A stretch of DNA of 62,939 nt, the filler included, from Collodictyon triciliatum (Eukaryota): the NCBI GenBank assembly GCA_043381765.1. It is 4 parts of 4 records of this genome, joined end to end, with 100 filler letters (N's around TTAATTAATTAA, not from the genome) between each part and the next. Parts side by side here need not be neighbours in the genome. Positions count along the whole stretch, not along the records: positions 19,105 to 38,117 come from JBHJMP010001316.1; positions 38,218 to 54,045 come from JBHJMP010001317.1; 2 more parts are not named here. One strand, written 5' to 3'. The notes below the pieces were generated by a model. It was not told where the DNA came from, did no database searches, and saw only the letters and a list, made by a program, of their open reading frames with translations. The number at the start of each line of letters is the position of its first letter. The stretch's first letter is position 1. Below are positions 26,401 to 40,305 of the stretch, in pieces. The translations under genes and the position numbers were made by a program.

Positions 26401-27419
26401 GTAAATGCTAAAATGCTTCATATCTGACAAAAAAAAAAAAAAGAAGTGAGATAGCTCCCAGAATATAGAACGGTAGAATAGCCAATTACCCATCCAAGTT
26501 GGCTGTTTCGATAAAGCATATACTTTCTTTTGTTTGTGTTTTCAAGATGATTACATCGGCGGGTATAAACTCTCGATCAAACACTCGGATAATGTCACCG
26601 ACATGGATATCCTTCCACAGCACTTCTTTAAAGTTATTTGATTCTAAACTATACACTGATGTATACTGGTTGTTTGTTTCATCGTCTTGTTTGTGCCGAA
26701 ACTAGAGATAGAGGAATTAGCTACACTTATCGAATGCGCAGTTTCAATCAAGCGAATTAATTTGTTAATGACCACTTTACATGAACAACGATTAGTATGT
26801 ATATCAGTCTAGAGTATATTAAAAATCGATAAAACAAGGAATGTAATCCACTTTGAATGTAAATAGAAGAATACAAATGATCACAATTATGGTATTATAA
26901 TCATTCTCTGAATTACATAGTCTTCACGGGCTTCCTTGATTGCAGAGACCGCCAAGACAATGACCAGTGGCATGATATTGAGGATTGGGTTGAGAGAAGA
27001 TATTCCGGGCACAAACTATAATTCCAAGAGAGAGAGAAGAGCAGGAAACTCAGTCGAAGAGGGTATTCATCCCGTGCAGAGTCGAATGATATCGATGATG
27101 AAGACAAAAAGAAATCTAAAAAACCCCCTTCCTTCCCTTGAATCGAATAAAGGGGGAAAAAATGATGAAGACAAACAGGAGGAGGAAAAGGAGGGGCATT
27201 TACTTGAATCAATCCGGATAGCAGAAAGTAAAAATTTGCCAACCGCTGGAACTGCTCAAACAGATTCCGAGGGAGAAAGTCGTAAAAGTGGTACTTGGAG
27301 GTGACTACAAAGTTGTCGACATAGTGCAGCGACGATCTTCCAACAACAACACTTCGTTGGGTCTCCTCGCCTCCTTTCCCAAGCATCCGACGGAGCAAAC
27401 TTTCTGCAGTGTCAGTCAT
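20620..27419 (-). CDS. P4-type ATPase (phospholipid flippase, Drs2/ATP8-like), about 22 exons
   Basis: DNFVVTSKY...[122 protein letters not shown]. Includes one AT-AC and one GC-AG intron. Confidence 0.97.
22258..22472 (-). other. U12-type AT-AC intron in the P4-ATPase
   Basis: Donor CG|ATATCCTACT, branch CCTTAAT, acceptor TTCAC|G. Splicing restores [23 protein letters not shown]. Confidence 0.88.
27095..27175 (+). mobile_element. Micro-retroinsertion with perfect 14-nt TSD in P4-ATPase intron 1
   Basis: ATGATGAAGACAAA [53 nt ending CCCTTGAATCGAATAAAGGGGGAAAAA] ATGATGAAGACAAA. Confidence 0.82.
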
Positions 27420-28258
27420 TTACAACAAAGGCTTTCTCGTAGGCTTTTGATCTGCAAGCTCTTTGCCAGGGCTCTACCAGAATTGTACTATTTGCCACAA
27501 CAACAGAACAAGGCCGGCCGTGTTTCTGATTATGGCTCTGATTGATTTAGATTCTGACTCTGACTCTGATTCCTCTGGTTGTGGCCGCGGCTAAGAAATG
27601 GTATATAGCGGTGGGATTGTGGGTTGGGTTCTGAGTGATCATCAGTTGTTTTTTGTGGGTGTGTTATAGCAGATAATGGTGTTTCCAGCGAGCGCTTTGG
27701 AGCTACTTCGACACAAGGCCTCTTTCCACATCCCAGTGTTTTTCGTTGATTGGCTTTGACCAAACAAGGACAGCCTCGCTTCAATGAATGATACCAGAAA
27801 ACGATTTCCACAAACAGAAAATCATTCTTTAAGGAATTTTCCAGATATGTAATAACGGTGCCCGAAAGTGTCCCAGCTCCAAACCTTCCTTTTGTGAAAT
27901 TATTGATAGCCATACCAGACTACAATTCTCATAGAATATGAAATTATATATCTTACTAATTACATAATTCTATACATACAAATTATAAGGGATTATTGTA
28001 ATATAAAATAGATACTACATTAATTTCCAGATTATACGATTGTGGTCTCTATAATCTGTTTTCGATTCTCGCGTCGCTCTGTGTGCTAATCGTAGCAAGA
28101 TCGCAAAGAGAGAGAGAAGAGACTTTGGTGGCCAGAGCGGGGACAGTCTTGCATGCTCAAGGTAGCCAACAGGCAGACCCAGAGCGGATACAGCCAAAGC
28201 CAACGATGCATCCGCAGCTGCATCCTCATACAGAAACTCAACAGGAGCACCGCAAACA

Positions 28259-30774
28259 ATGCCACCACGCGGACGAGGCGGCAGCAGAGTTGGGCCGAAG
28301 GGGCGCGTCAGTGCAGACGTTTACTCGGCCGCAGGCGAAAGGGAGTTGATATCGCAGCAGGTGCAGCAGGCGGTTCGAAGCGGGATGAGAGCAGCGAGTC
28401 GCAGCCGAATGGCCGCCGGAAACGCCGATCCCGATCAGCTGCATCAGCAGGCGCAGGAGGCTACGCAGGTCGGGGATTTCCGCGCAGCCGTGCGAGCGTA
28501 TCGCAGTCTTATTCAGCTGCAGCCCTCGCAGACACGCTGGTTGGATGCGTTGGCAGAAGTCTACCTGGAAGTTGGTCGGGTTCCTCAGGCGAAAGATATA
28601 TCCTTTCAGATACTGGGTTGTGTGTGCATTCTGCCGTCTTTATTTTGATCAATGCCTGTGCCTTGTTTCATGCCTTTCACTTCTTGTTGGTTGCCGTACG
28701 GTTTGAATATTTCTTTGTTTCTTTCTTTTTAATTTTCGTGGCTTAAATGAACGAGTTTTGTTGTGTTTCAAAAAAACAAAAAACAAAAACAAACAAACAA
28801 AAAAAAAAAAACACAAGATATGCAATTATCTCACACAAGGCTTTCTTCATTGTTCCTCCTTGACAACTTTTTACTTGCTTAACCAGAGCATCCAGTTGGC
28901 TCCCACTGATAACTTTGCAAAGTACATGGTATTTATATTGTATTCTTAGTTCAAATAACTGGATATTCCACACGCGTTCATACCCATAATTATTTTTTTT
29001 TTTTAATGAATTTCATTTTTCTTCATCTTCTTCTGCCTTTTGCTTTTTGTGATGTTGCTTCTTAAAGTTTCCCTATAACTGTCTGCTTACCAGCCATTGA
29101 CAAACCTTTTTGCGTTTTAGTATGCCGGCCAACTGTGTGAAGGTTATGAAGCTGTTGACATGTACAAAAAAGGAGTTGTTTTAATGGAACAGGAACTCAC
29201 TCGTTTACAAGCAGGCGAAGTGCATTTTTGTATTCCTTTATTAATGAGATAGTTTATATGATTGGAAAAACTGATATGACTGCAAAATATGCAATCTTCT
29301 TACTTCGGCAATGATATTACACTCACCCCATAGTCTGATGAAAATACCGACGTTAATGTTCTCAGACGCACACTTAGTTCTGCTCTTTGTGCTATCGCAG
29401 ATGTCTACATGACTGACCTATGGTATACAGTTTCCTAAGGCTTTCCACTCTTACTTATTTAGGCAATAATCAAGGAAATCAGTCACTTTCCATTCAAAAT
29501 AATACTGCATCAAAGGAGTTTCTAGTATCATACTCCTAATATGTTTAATGCTGAGGTAGTGATGACCCAAACGCTGAAACAGAGGCATCCGGTTCTGCAA
29601 CACGAGCTGTCGAAATAGACCCTACAAATCCTGACGCGTAACTTATTTTTATCTGATTTTGTATTCGAATCAAAAGATAGACGGGTTGATTGAAATATCA
29701 TCATCATTTCTACATCTTGAAAGGTCTTTTATCATAATGATATATATATATATCCGACGATTATCCCTTAGTATTAATCTATAATTCTCGATTGCAGGGG
29801 CCAGACACTCGCGAGTGTTCGAATCAGTCAGAGCAATCCCGAAGGCGCGTTGGATGCCCTTTTGAAGAGCATTCAAATATGGAGGTCCCTCGAAGTAGAA
29901 GAGCCAGGTTATGAAACAGATGGGAGAATCCTATTTGTAGACTGGGGCTTATTTTATATGAATTGACTATTTTTCATAGTAGTTTGCCAATATCATCAGG
30001 GTGTATCTTGATAGATATAGGAGAGAATAATTGTAATGGTGAAAACAATCAACAAAAAGAATATGACCAGAAGCAAGAACATTTTTTTTTTTTTTACAAA
30101 AACATTTAATTATTCAACTCAATTGGTCTATCATATGCATCTTTTCACACAGAAAGCGAAGAAGCAACTACAGGGGAATTGGAAGAAGGGCAAAACGAGT
30201 TTGATGACGAAATTGCTGACCCAGAAAGGAATGCCGCTCTCCCCTCTGTCCCATCGCGCATCAACTCTGCAAAATTATTAATGGAGCTGGCCCAGTATCC
30301 CTTGGCGATTGATATCATGGATGACATTTTGGAACAGGATGATATGATACCAGACGTATGGCACTTAATTGGTGTCTCATATCGACTTTCAGGGGATTTA
30401 GAGTCATCTGCATCGCATTTGTTGACAGCTTTAGATGTATGTTTTCCTCATATTTCCCTTTGGTTGCGTCGTAATATCTTTGTATGAAAAACTAAAAAGC
30501 TTCGAATAGGTTTTGACAAAGTTACATCAATCCGACCCGGAGGAAGAGGACCAAGAGCTAATCGAACAAGTTCAGGCTGAACTCGCTGAAATCCCACAAA
30601 GCATCGTCTCAGGGGCCATGGCTTATGTATGGTTCCAATTACGTATTATTCTTGATTTATTCAAGTGATTAATAGGGAGAAACATCAAGTTAATCGCAAT
30701 ATCATGAAAAACAGGAAACGGGTGCTATCCTACCCAAAGGTAGTCTGGATGACGAAGAGGGAGATGACAGTTAA
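28259..30774 (+). CDS. ACL4: Acl4-like TPR protein (assembly chaperone of Rpl4)
   Basis: Spliced product includes LAEVYLEVG...SIQLAP...KYMYAGQL; LSSALCAIADVYMTDLCDDPNAE; QTLASVRISQ; RINSAKLLMEL; DDMIPDVWHLIG; acidic tail. These match recalled Acl4 family motifs (YMTDLC, LASVRISQ). Confidence 0.8.
28598..28874 (+). other. U12-type AT-AC intron in the Acl4-like gene
   Basis: Donor GAT|ATATCCTTT (perfect consensus), branch TCCTTGAC at 28857-28864, acceptor TTTAC|TTG. Joins PQAKD-LLNQSIQLAP in frame. Confidence 0.93.
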
Positions 30775-31359
30775 TTTCACATTTTTTAAATAAAAAAAAT
30801 CAAGTAAAAAAGAAACAAAAGAGCACATGTAATCCGAGCAGAATGTTTAGTGAAGGAATTGGTCTTTTTTTAGAGTATTTGAAGGGATTTTTCTTTATCA
30901 GGTTTTTTTTTTTTACTGGTAGGATACGCGAATACTTTGGTCAATAATAATATTTAGCTCGCAAGTGATACAAAAAACAGGATTTATATACACTTTTCTC
31001 ATTATTATTACGTTTGTTGCTTTGAGGCCATTTTAGAACATAAAATCGAGGTGACAACTGGACATGATAATTATAATGATTAAAGAATTTCGATTATTGA
31101 GAGCCATGTGGGATGTGAAGCACGAATGCGACGTTAACAAGATCGATTCCGAAAGAGTCATATTTTCTTCAAAAGGTGCATAGCTATCGTTTTTTTCTCT
31201 GGGTTTATGTTTCAAAAATACAAGTAAAAAACAGGACAAACAATTTCTAACTTTCCAATCCGTACAGCCTCCTCCTCAGGGGGTTTATTCGTCTTGTTCA
31301 AATATGTTTCCCTCCGTGTTAGCCTTAGAAACAAAGTTGCTACGAGGATAACCTGTTCG

Positions 31360-34300
31360 CTAAATGGCAATTGACTGGAATTGTGTCAAAGCAACAACGA
31401 ACGCTTGGAGCGGAGAAAAGGGGTGCATAAAGTCCAATCTAGCAATAGCAACTGTAAGAAAGAAGCTTTGCCGGCCCTTGTAGAGTAAATTAGGGTAATA
31501 AATCAGAAAACGTGTAAAGATTACAAAAAATCGTTCGGTCCGATACGTGCAAAAGCCAATAGGACGGAATCTAATCCACAAAATAATAAATTAAATCGAA
31601 TCAACTTAAAAATAATAGAGTTGGTTAGTGTAAAGATGGTATAGAAGCTGAAAACCTAATTCAGTATTTTAAAGAAAATCATTTTTTCCCTCACCATCTC
31701 CAGCGCGCCCCAATTTAAAATTTTTAGTTGATTGTATAAATCTTTTGGGGAAATCCATGACATACGTTTTAAACTCTATTGTGATTTGCATGAGAAATCT
31801 TTGGACCATAAAGCACGAATATCATTCGGCGCGTATATAAGCTTCCAAGTAAAATAAAGGCACCCAATCAAAAAGTAATGTTAATGCAGGAAATTACCTT
31901 TGTTATAAATAGGTTTTATGTTATCAAATTCCAGGCTCGTTCCAGAAAAGTCAGTCTTTTGCATAGTTACATGTATCCCTCTAGGAACCCGATTGTCCTA
32001 AAATTCAAGGGGTTTACAGGCTTTCTTAAAAAAATGAAATTGTCAGTTAATTTATAATAATCACCGTCACAATATTTTCCCTTCATAATTTTAAACCATA
32101 CATATCTAATATGTGCCAAAGGAATCTGTTGGCCACCAGGAATGCGCAAATCAGCCTCGAATTGATTGCGCATAACGTTGGACCTGGGAGTACATTTTGT
32201 TAACAAAAAAAGAAAAAAAAAGGAAAAAAGAACGGAATACGTATTCAAATAAGAATATATGTGTCATAAACCACAGAGAGCCATTGGTGCATAGGTATAT
32301 ATCTTACTTGATATCCGCTATTACCATACTGTCTCTTACAAACATGAGCTCAGAGTCAGCCTTGAATACTTCACATTCCGATGCAGGAATATGAGGTGGC
32401 TATTTTTCATGTTTTCCCCCAATTTAAACGAGTGGAACATAATCCTGTAAAAGTGTCATATTGGTAAATTATACAAGTGTGAACAAATTACCCGTGCTTC
32501 CATGGCAATCATAACTAACAACTCGCTAGTTAATGAAAGCTTTGAACGTGTTGCGGACATTAGAGGAGATGGTGGATTTGGGTCATTCATCAAGAAAAGG
32601 TGATATACATCCGGGCTTCCAGGCCTGTGCACATAATTAGGTATATGGGGTTATTTACAAGGTGATTTTTCCTAGTTTCCCCTTTTTTTTTTTATTTATA
32701 TGATTCCTTTCAATTTTGCGCACGATGGTGATGCTATTTTTTCCCTTTATTCGATTCAAGGGAAGGAATAGGGGTTTATATATAGTCCGATGTAGCTGTT
32801 TGCACTTTAGTAGTTTTTTTTTTTAAAAAAAAAACAACTCAATTCATTTCAAGAAGATATACTTATTTTTGGGCTGCTTATATGTATTTTCATACATACA
32901 TACATACATACATACATACATACATACATACATACATACATACATACATACATACATACATACATACATACATACATACATACATACATACATACACGCA
33001 CAAACCTCTTTCCACGAATGAAATGCACTCTACACTCCACGTTAATCCTCTTATATATAGGCCTGGTGAAACAAAAATAAAAATAAATAGAGTCCACATA
33101 CTTAAAGATTTAGTTACATTTGAAAATTAATGACATTCCATCAAAGTGTTTGAAAGCCCCATACTTGGTGCAGATGGAGTACAGTTCGTTCATAGGGAAC
33201 AGAGGAGGGACGTATGGATCCAAGGGGATGACTTTAGGAGTATTTGCAAGGCTTTTTTGTCCCCAAGTAGAGGGGTTTGGAGATATCTCTTCTGGCTTAT
33301 GCCTTGTGTATCTTGGAGACAGTGATCGAGACCTTAGCATGACACCAGGGTGATCCCTTTCGTGTTGTCTTGCTTCTTCCAGTCGCTTCGAAGATTCTGC
33401 AATATTAGCAGATGGTGATTTTGTAATCACTGGAGTCGGCTGAGAAAGAGGAGGAGTTGGAAGAGGCGTCATCACATCAGCAGATGTTGAAGGGGACGAA
33501 ATGGAGCGGCGATGAGTTTTTCGGTGTGACAAGGGCCTCTTTTTTAGCTCTTTTTCTCTGATATGGTCTTCGTCTTCACTAGACCATCCGGACTTTGGGA
33601 TTTGCAGAGGCTGAAGCATAGGTTGTGGATGTACGGCGTGTCGGGGTGGTTTTCTCTTTGCCTTGGAAGGCGCGTCTCGGAGCAGGTTCGGTGTTGCTGT
33701 TGTAAATGCAGCCGGGTTGGAGGTGGTGACTAAGATGTCCATTGATCCGCTTAGAGCATTTGTGATGGATGTGATATTCACAGTGTGGGTTGAATCGTTC
33801 ATCAGATGTCGAGATGAGACATGGGAATCGTCTTTGTCGCTTCCTGTGGCACTCTCTGGATTTTTCCGACAGCCATGGCTCTCCTCTCCTTCGCCCGACG
33901 GTGTGACTCTCGCTGGCCGGTGTTGTGTTGAATGAGGGCTTCGGGGTGGTTTCATGAGACGGGAAAATGCCCTCCTAGAAACTAACAGAGAGTTTCTTCC
34001 TTAGTTTTTTTTCTCCCTTTATTCGATTCAAAGTAAGAGATTCTTCCTTAGTTGATGATAGGGGTGGGATGAGAAATCAGGCAACGTCTGAAAGTTTGGT
34101 GATTTATAAATTATCATCGTAGTTTTTGTTATCTTTCTTTTTATTATTATTTTGCAATTCATATTTCGGAAGTGAATAAAAGTGATAATAGTCGTAAAAA
34201 AATTTTTTTATTATAGCGCCCAAGAAAAAAGAGATGAAGTGACTTGACACTATTTTTCCTTTCATTTGCTAGGATTACTTCTCTTTCCGAAGAAGCTCTC

Positions 34301-34378
34301 AAGGCAGTCTTGAGCATCGTTGTGTTTTTCTTTCTCTGATGCACCACTTTTGTCTCTGCTCAGCTTCCTCACAGCCAT
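31360..34378 (-). CDS. Tubby-like protein (disordered N-terminus, divergent C-terminal Tub domain)
   Basis: Spliced C-terminus ADIKSNVMRNQF...LAHIRY...PRGIHV...DNIKPIYNKEFKTYVMDFPKRFIQSTKNFKL...LLAFARIGPNDFLLDFMHPFSPLQAFVVALTQF follows the Tub-domain motif order. Start at 34378 is inferred via one intron. Confidence 0.8.
32737..32777 (-). mobile_element. Micro-retroelement copy, same subfamily as the 27109 copy
   Basis: Reverse complement AAACCCCTATTCCTTCCCTTGAATCGAATAAAGGGAAAAAA versus AAACCCCCTTCCTTCCCTTGAATCGAATAAAGGGGGAAAAA at 27121. No clean TSD. Confidence 0.7.
32891..32996. repeat. (CATA)n intronic microsatellite
   Basis: Direct reading. Confidence 0.95.
33994..34053 (-). mobile_element. 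Micro-retroinsertion with perfect 13-nt TSD in Tubby-like intron 1
   Basis: TTCTTCCTTAGTT [TTTTTTCTCCCTTTATTCGATTCAAAGTAAGAGA] TTCTTCCTTAGTT. Confidence 0.82.
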
Positions 34379-34983
34379 TTACACAAGCAGATTGAAAGCT
34401 GCCACCATCAACAGACTGCTCATGAACCACCAACCAAAGCTCAATCCACTCTCGTTATCTAACGCGCTGATGTGAAGGAGAAAGGGAGAAGGATAAAGGA
34501 TTTTCATGTATAGGTTCGCTCCGTTTTGTGGGTGGCCTGCCTGCCTGTTTGCGGAGTGGCAGCGAAAATGACAAAAGTCAGAAAACCAACGACATTGTTT
34601 GTGATGCCTATGTTCCACATATATCACATTCGATGTCAACTAAATTATCTTCTACATATATTATTATGACATACCAGTATCATAATGTAATATACTCATA
34701 GAATATTTATTTTTTATATATCAATTATGTATATTTTAATATAAATTCCAGAATTAAATAAAGCGAACTGATGAACCCATAACATATATATCGAAGGGTT
34801 GATTTGTTGACATCTACAGATGAATCAAGATCACAAAGTCACAGAGGATGAAGTCGAGTATTGATTAGACACTCTGCTCGATTCCCTACTCGAGTTCCTC
34901 TCGAAGTCCCGCACGTTCTCACTCTTCACACGCTCACAGGTCTCAGAACAAACCCCAAGTACGACGCACCAGCAACAACACAT

Positions 34984-36492
34984 ATGTCAGGAGTAGTTGG
35001 TAAGAAAGTGTAATTCTAATTCCCTTTTTTTTTTTCATCCATCGTCATCTCTTGCTTTTTGGGTGCTTCCTTTGAAAGTAAACCATCTTTTCTGGTTTCA
35101 ACCTCGCCCAAAATAAAGGAAACACGTTCTTCTGTTCTCCTTGATTATTTACCAAATAAAAGAATTGCGTTTGCTTCTATATAGTTAGTCTTTGTACCAC
35201 CGTTTTCGTCCTCTTTACTCCTCTTTTTTATTTTTCTTCCGGAACCCCACCATTTTCATTCCACGCACTTTTCAAACTGGAGACTTGTGCACTGTTGGCT
35301 TGCAATAAATGCAAATGAATTTTTAAAATCAAGAATCAACAAAACAACAAAACAACAAAACAACAAAACAACAAAACAACAAAACAACAAAACAACAAAA
35401 CAACAAAACAACATAGAAACAATTCTCACTGCCAAGCTCAGTATGAAGTTATTTTGAAATCTTCATCAGAGGCTTCACACTTTCGACTTGAGAAACAAAT
35501 CAACCTAAGCACCTTCTTGCATCATCCCCCACATAGTTCCCCGTAACTTCCGTCTTCTGGAAGAGCTTGAAAAAGGAGAGAAAGGCCTTGGTGATCCAAG
35601 CATAAGCTACGGTCTGGACGACGGCTCAGACTTGATGATGACTAACTGGACGGGGACCATTCTCGGGCCCTCCAGCGTTTGCAATTTCATTCATTCCACA
35701 CCGCGTGCTCTGTCTCTTCGATTATTATTGTCATTATTTTCTTAACACTGTGCCATTTTTTCCCCCATTACAAATTAACCAAAAGAGAAAAAGATACACA
35801 AAAATACACACACAAAAAGAAAAAAAGAAGGAAAAGACAGATACATATTTGCTTTCCGAATGCTCCCTTTTCTTTAAAACATTCAATGCCATTGCAGAGC
35901 GCATTTGAAGGTCGCATCTACACAGTCAAAATCGTGTGTGGTGAACATTACCCGGACCGCGCTCCCACTGTCCGCTTCACCAGCAAAATCAACATGGGTT
36001 GCGTAAACCAGTCCAACGGAACGGTACACTCAATCGCACATTATCAACCTATAACCTTCCGTATCGTTACATCAGATTTTTTCCACCCAAAGATTATCTG
36101 ATATACTCATCTTTATAAATAAATAAATAAACAAATAAAACAAACAAACAAACAAACAAACAATCAATCAATCAATCAAATCAAATCAACACCGAGCAAA
36201 TATAATTTCAAATGTCCCATATTTTTTTCTCCTCTTCTGTAATCAATTTTTATTGACCAGATGATTACCTCCCTATCCACAAGCGTATATCAACCAAGAA
36301 AACCCCACACACAACAGTGATTTCTGATATCCCGATGAACACACTATATAGGTAGAGCCCCGCAACTTCCCCACACTTGCAAACTGGCAGCGTTCCTTCA
36401 ACATCGAAAGAGTACTTGTGGATCTGCGCGCGCAGATGACATCCAGTGCAAACAAGCGCCTGCCTCAGCCACCAGAGGGCGCAAACTTTTAA
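34984..36492 (+). CDS. MMS2: Ubiquitin-conjugating enzyme E2 variant (Mms2/UEV1)
   Basis: Four exons: [22 protein letters not shown]...ISYGL...WTGTILGP...[31 protein letters not shown]...[11 protein letters not shown]. Confidence 0.95.
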
Positions 36493-36583
36493 AACAATCT
36501 TTGCTTGCTACACGAACCGCTGCTGCTTCAGTCCTTTTGAGACGGTTGCGTGCGGGGTGTGCGGACCGATGGCACACGAACGA

Positions 36584-36792
36584 ATAAAAACAAAAACAAA
36601 AACAAAAACAAAAACAAAAACAAAAACAAAAACAAAAACAAAAACAAAAACAAAAACAAAAACAAAAACAAAAACAAAAACAAAAGAAACAAAAGAAACA
36701 AAAGAAACAAAAGAAACAAAAGAAACAAAAGAAACAAAAGAAACAAAAGAAACAAAAGAAGCAAAAGAAGCAAAAACAAAAGCAAAAGTAAA
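36584..36792. repeat. Compound (AAAAAC)n-(AAAAGAAAC)n repeat
   Basis: Direct reading. Confidence 0.95.
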
Positions 36793-37146
36793 AACCAGAG
36801 TGCAGTGTGTATACTTTGTTCTTCCTTCGATTTATGCACGGCTAGATAAAGAGATAAATGGCGAGCCCAACCCGCTGGTGTATTCTATAAACTGGGTTTC
36901 TGGCTCCCCTGGTTTAATTGCCAACCACTTTCTTGATTCACATTGTCGAAGAGGCATCTAAATATCCCTTTTCTTGCATGGTAGTGTTTTTAATATTATT
37001 TATTTTTATTTATGATTTCGACGTGGGTTGAAACACTGCATCTCAACTTCTTCACTTAGTCTATTTTGTGATGCCTTTTTCTTGTTTACATCGCCGTTCC
37101 GTCACACTGTGTTGAAATCTATAAATACCGCGGGTAAAAAGGAGTA

Positions 37147-37925
37147 CCATCATCTTTTCTCACGCAGGAAGAAACTTTGGAATTCTGTCCTCGTCAAGCA
37201 AATCCAGTTCGTTGTGTTGATTTTTGGTGAAGACGTGTATGTACTTGCTATAAGGGAAAATTAGGATAACACAAAATAAGAAATGAACGGTTTGTTCTAA
37301 CACGAAAAAAAAAACAACCAAAAACCAAAAACGAGCTCACCTGACCACGATATCTGTCATCAGGCTTGACCTTTATTTTTTTTAAAATGTACACAGGAAT
37401 CAAAAAATATTCTTATAGTAATGAAATCAATGCAATCAATTCAAAATGAATGGTCATGAGAGAGGCGCAAGCTAGAAAAAAAAATCATCACAAGAAAAAC
37501 ACGATTCGTAGTATACCCCAGATTTGATTGACACAGAACAGCAGATAGCGGCTGAAACTCTTTGTCTTGAACATCATTTTGGTCGTCCGGGTCGTTGATT
37601 CTTTCCCTGCTTGTGCTTTCTAATTAGAGAAGACGAGGCTACGGAATATGAAAATTATGATATGAATATGTATCATGATATAATCTGATTGAACAAAGAA
37701 AAAAAAAACGAGTACGATTCAGAAGAGAAGACATCCACGGATACGCTAGCGTAACAAAGCCCCAACAGTTCGCTGCATATATATTCAGACAATCATATAC
37801 CGAATTGAGCAAATATTTGAATGATGGTAAATGACGCAAGGATATGATAGACGTACTGCGAGATTAGATATTTTACTCACATGCAGTCTTGGTCTTGGTG
37901 CTGGGTGCATTCCACCATCTCGGTC
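37147..37925 (-). CDS. Possible 3' exons of an unidentified gene cut by the contig end
   Basis: Chain of short, GC-richer AG..GT-bounded segments (~37925-37880, 37773-37715, 37619-37516, 37358-37340, 37245-37147). Frame is ambiguous and no motif was recognised. Confidence 0.3.
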
Positions 37926-38117
37926 TTGAATGAATTTTAATATTAAAATGTAACATGAGACTTCAAGGGCGAAACATATATAATTTAGAGAGAGGAGAGC
38001 AAGAAAGCAACCAAGAAAATAAAAGAAAATAAAAGAAAATAAAAGAAAATAAAAGAAAATAAAAGAAAATAAAAGAAAATAAAAGAAAATAAAAGAAAAT
38101 AAAAGAAAATAAAAGAA

Positions 38118-38217
38118 NNNNNNNNNNNNNNNNNNNNNNNNNNNNNNNNNNNNNNNNNNNNTTAATTAATTAANNNNNNNNNNNNNNNNNNNNNNNNNNN
38201 NNNNNNNNNNNNNNNNN
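38118..38217. other. Artificial contig linker
   Basis: N44-TTAATTAATTAA-N44. Confidence 0.97.
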
Positions 38218-38329
38218 CTTTTCCTTTTTCTTTTTCCTTTTTCGCGTGTCTTTCATCGTATCCTAAGTACGTGGATGGGTTGATTCCTTTTCTTTGCCTT
38301 TTAAACCGAGCTACCCAATCGAAATGCAG

Positions 38330-39282
<953 letters not shown>

Positions 39283-39687
39283 ATAACCGGCATATTCTTC
39301 ACCTATGTTGGTGCCAATTCGTGCGCACCCCAAAGCCCCACAAACACTCATAGACCGTGCTGTCAAAAACATTTCCAAAGTCCCACGAAGAAGAGAAGAT
39401 GAAGAAGAGGAAGGAGCACAGACAAATAAACAGACAAATAAGAAAAATACATACCTCGCACACTTCATCTTTGTGGGAAGATATAAAAACGCATACACCT
39501 CCTTTGAAATCCACGATTAAAGACACAAGCACCTGCCGTCTCCTGTTATCTTTTTTTTTTTTTTTTTATCATCTTTCCAACACAGAAGACTAGGATAGGA
39601 TGGAATGAGAGCATCGCAAAGCACTGGACATCACACAACATGTCAATATGCCAACCACCCTGCCCTACCTCCGTGCATGATTGCCCG

Positions 39688-40232
39688 CTAGTGCCGAACA
39701 TCCCTGTGCCAGCTGCCTTGCAACAAGTGCGTGTGGTTGTCCAGAAAGTAGACCACGTCCCGCAGAAGGTCGTGCGGCCACTCCATCAGCACAAAGTGCG
39801 AGCCAAGGCGGTATGTGATGTGAGGCGCCTTGGGGAAATGGCTCTTCATGCGGACAGACAGCCGGTGCGGAGACTTTGGCCCATGCCAAACCCCCAAGTG
39901 ATAAGTATGTGTGAGTGCCGTGGACTTGATGTTTTCTTCGATACGCACCACGAAGGGGCTTAATATTAGATGTTGTGGTTGTGTTTTGGCCTCGTGCAAG
40001 GATGTAGCGAGAGACTCACCAGAAAGTCCAGCCATCCGCTCACAATCATCGTCTTGTCTGGGTGCTCCTTGACTTCCTTTGGAATGTGCTCCAGAAAGGG
40101 CTTTTCATCCAGTGCGTGAAGGAGTTTGATGTAGTTCTGAAAATGCTCGCGCTGGTGAATCAGGTCGAGGAAATACCTGCCGTCATGTCCATTAATCATC
40201 GTCATTTTGGAGCAAGTATCATCAAGACAAAT

Positions 40233-40305
<73 letters not shown>

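Noticed and set aside
33110-33140. Apparent GA donor (GATG|GAATGT) at the end of the large Tubby-like exon
   Set aside because: A canonical AT|GTCATT donor 4 nt downstream gives the frame that continues through later exons.
35338-35412. (AACAA AAC)n-type 8-mer and similar A/C-rich arrays (58005-58102) as possible telomeric or CRISPR repeats
   Set aside because: Units differ between loci, they are internal or intronic, and there are no spacers.
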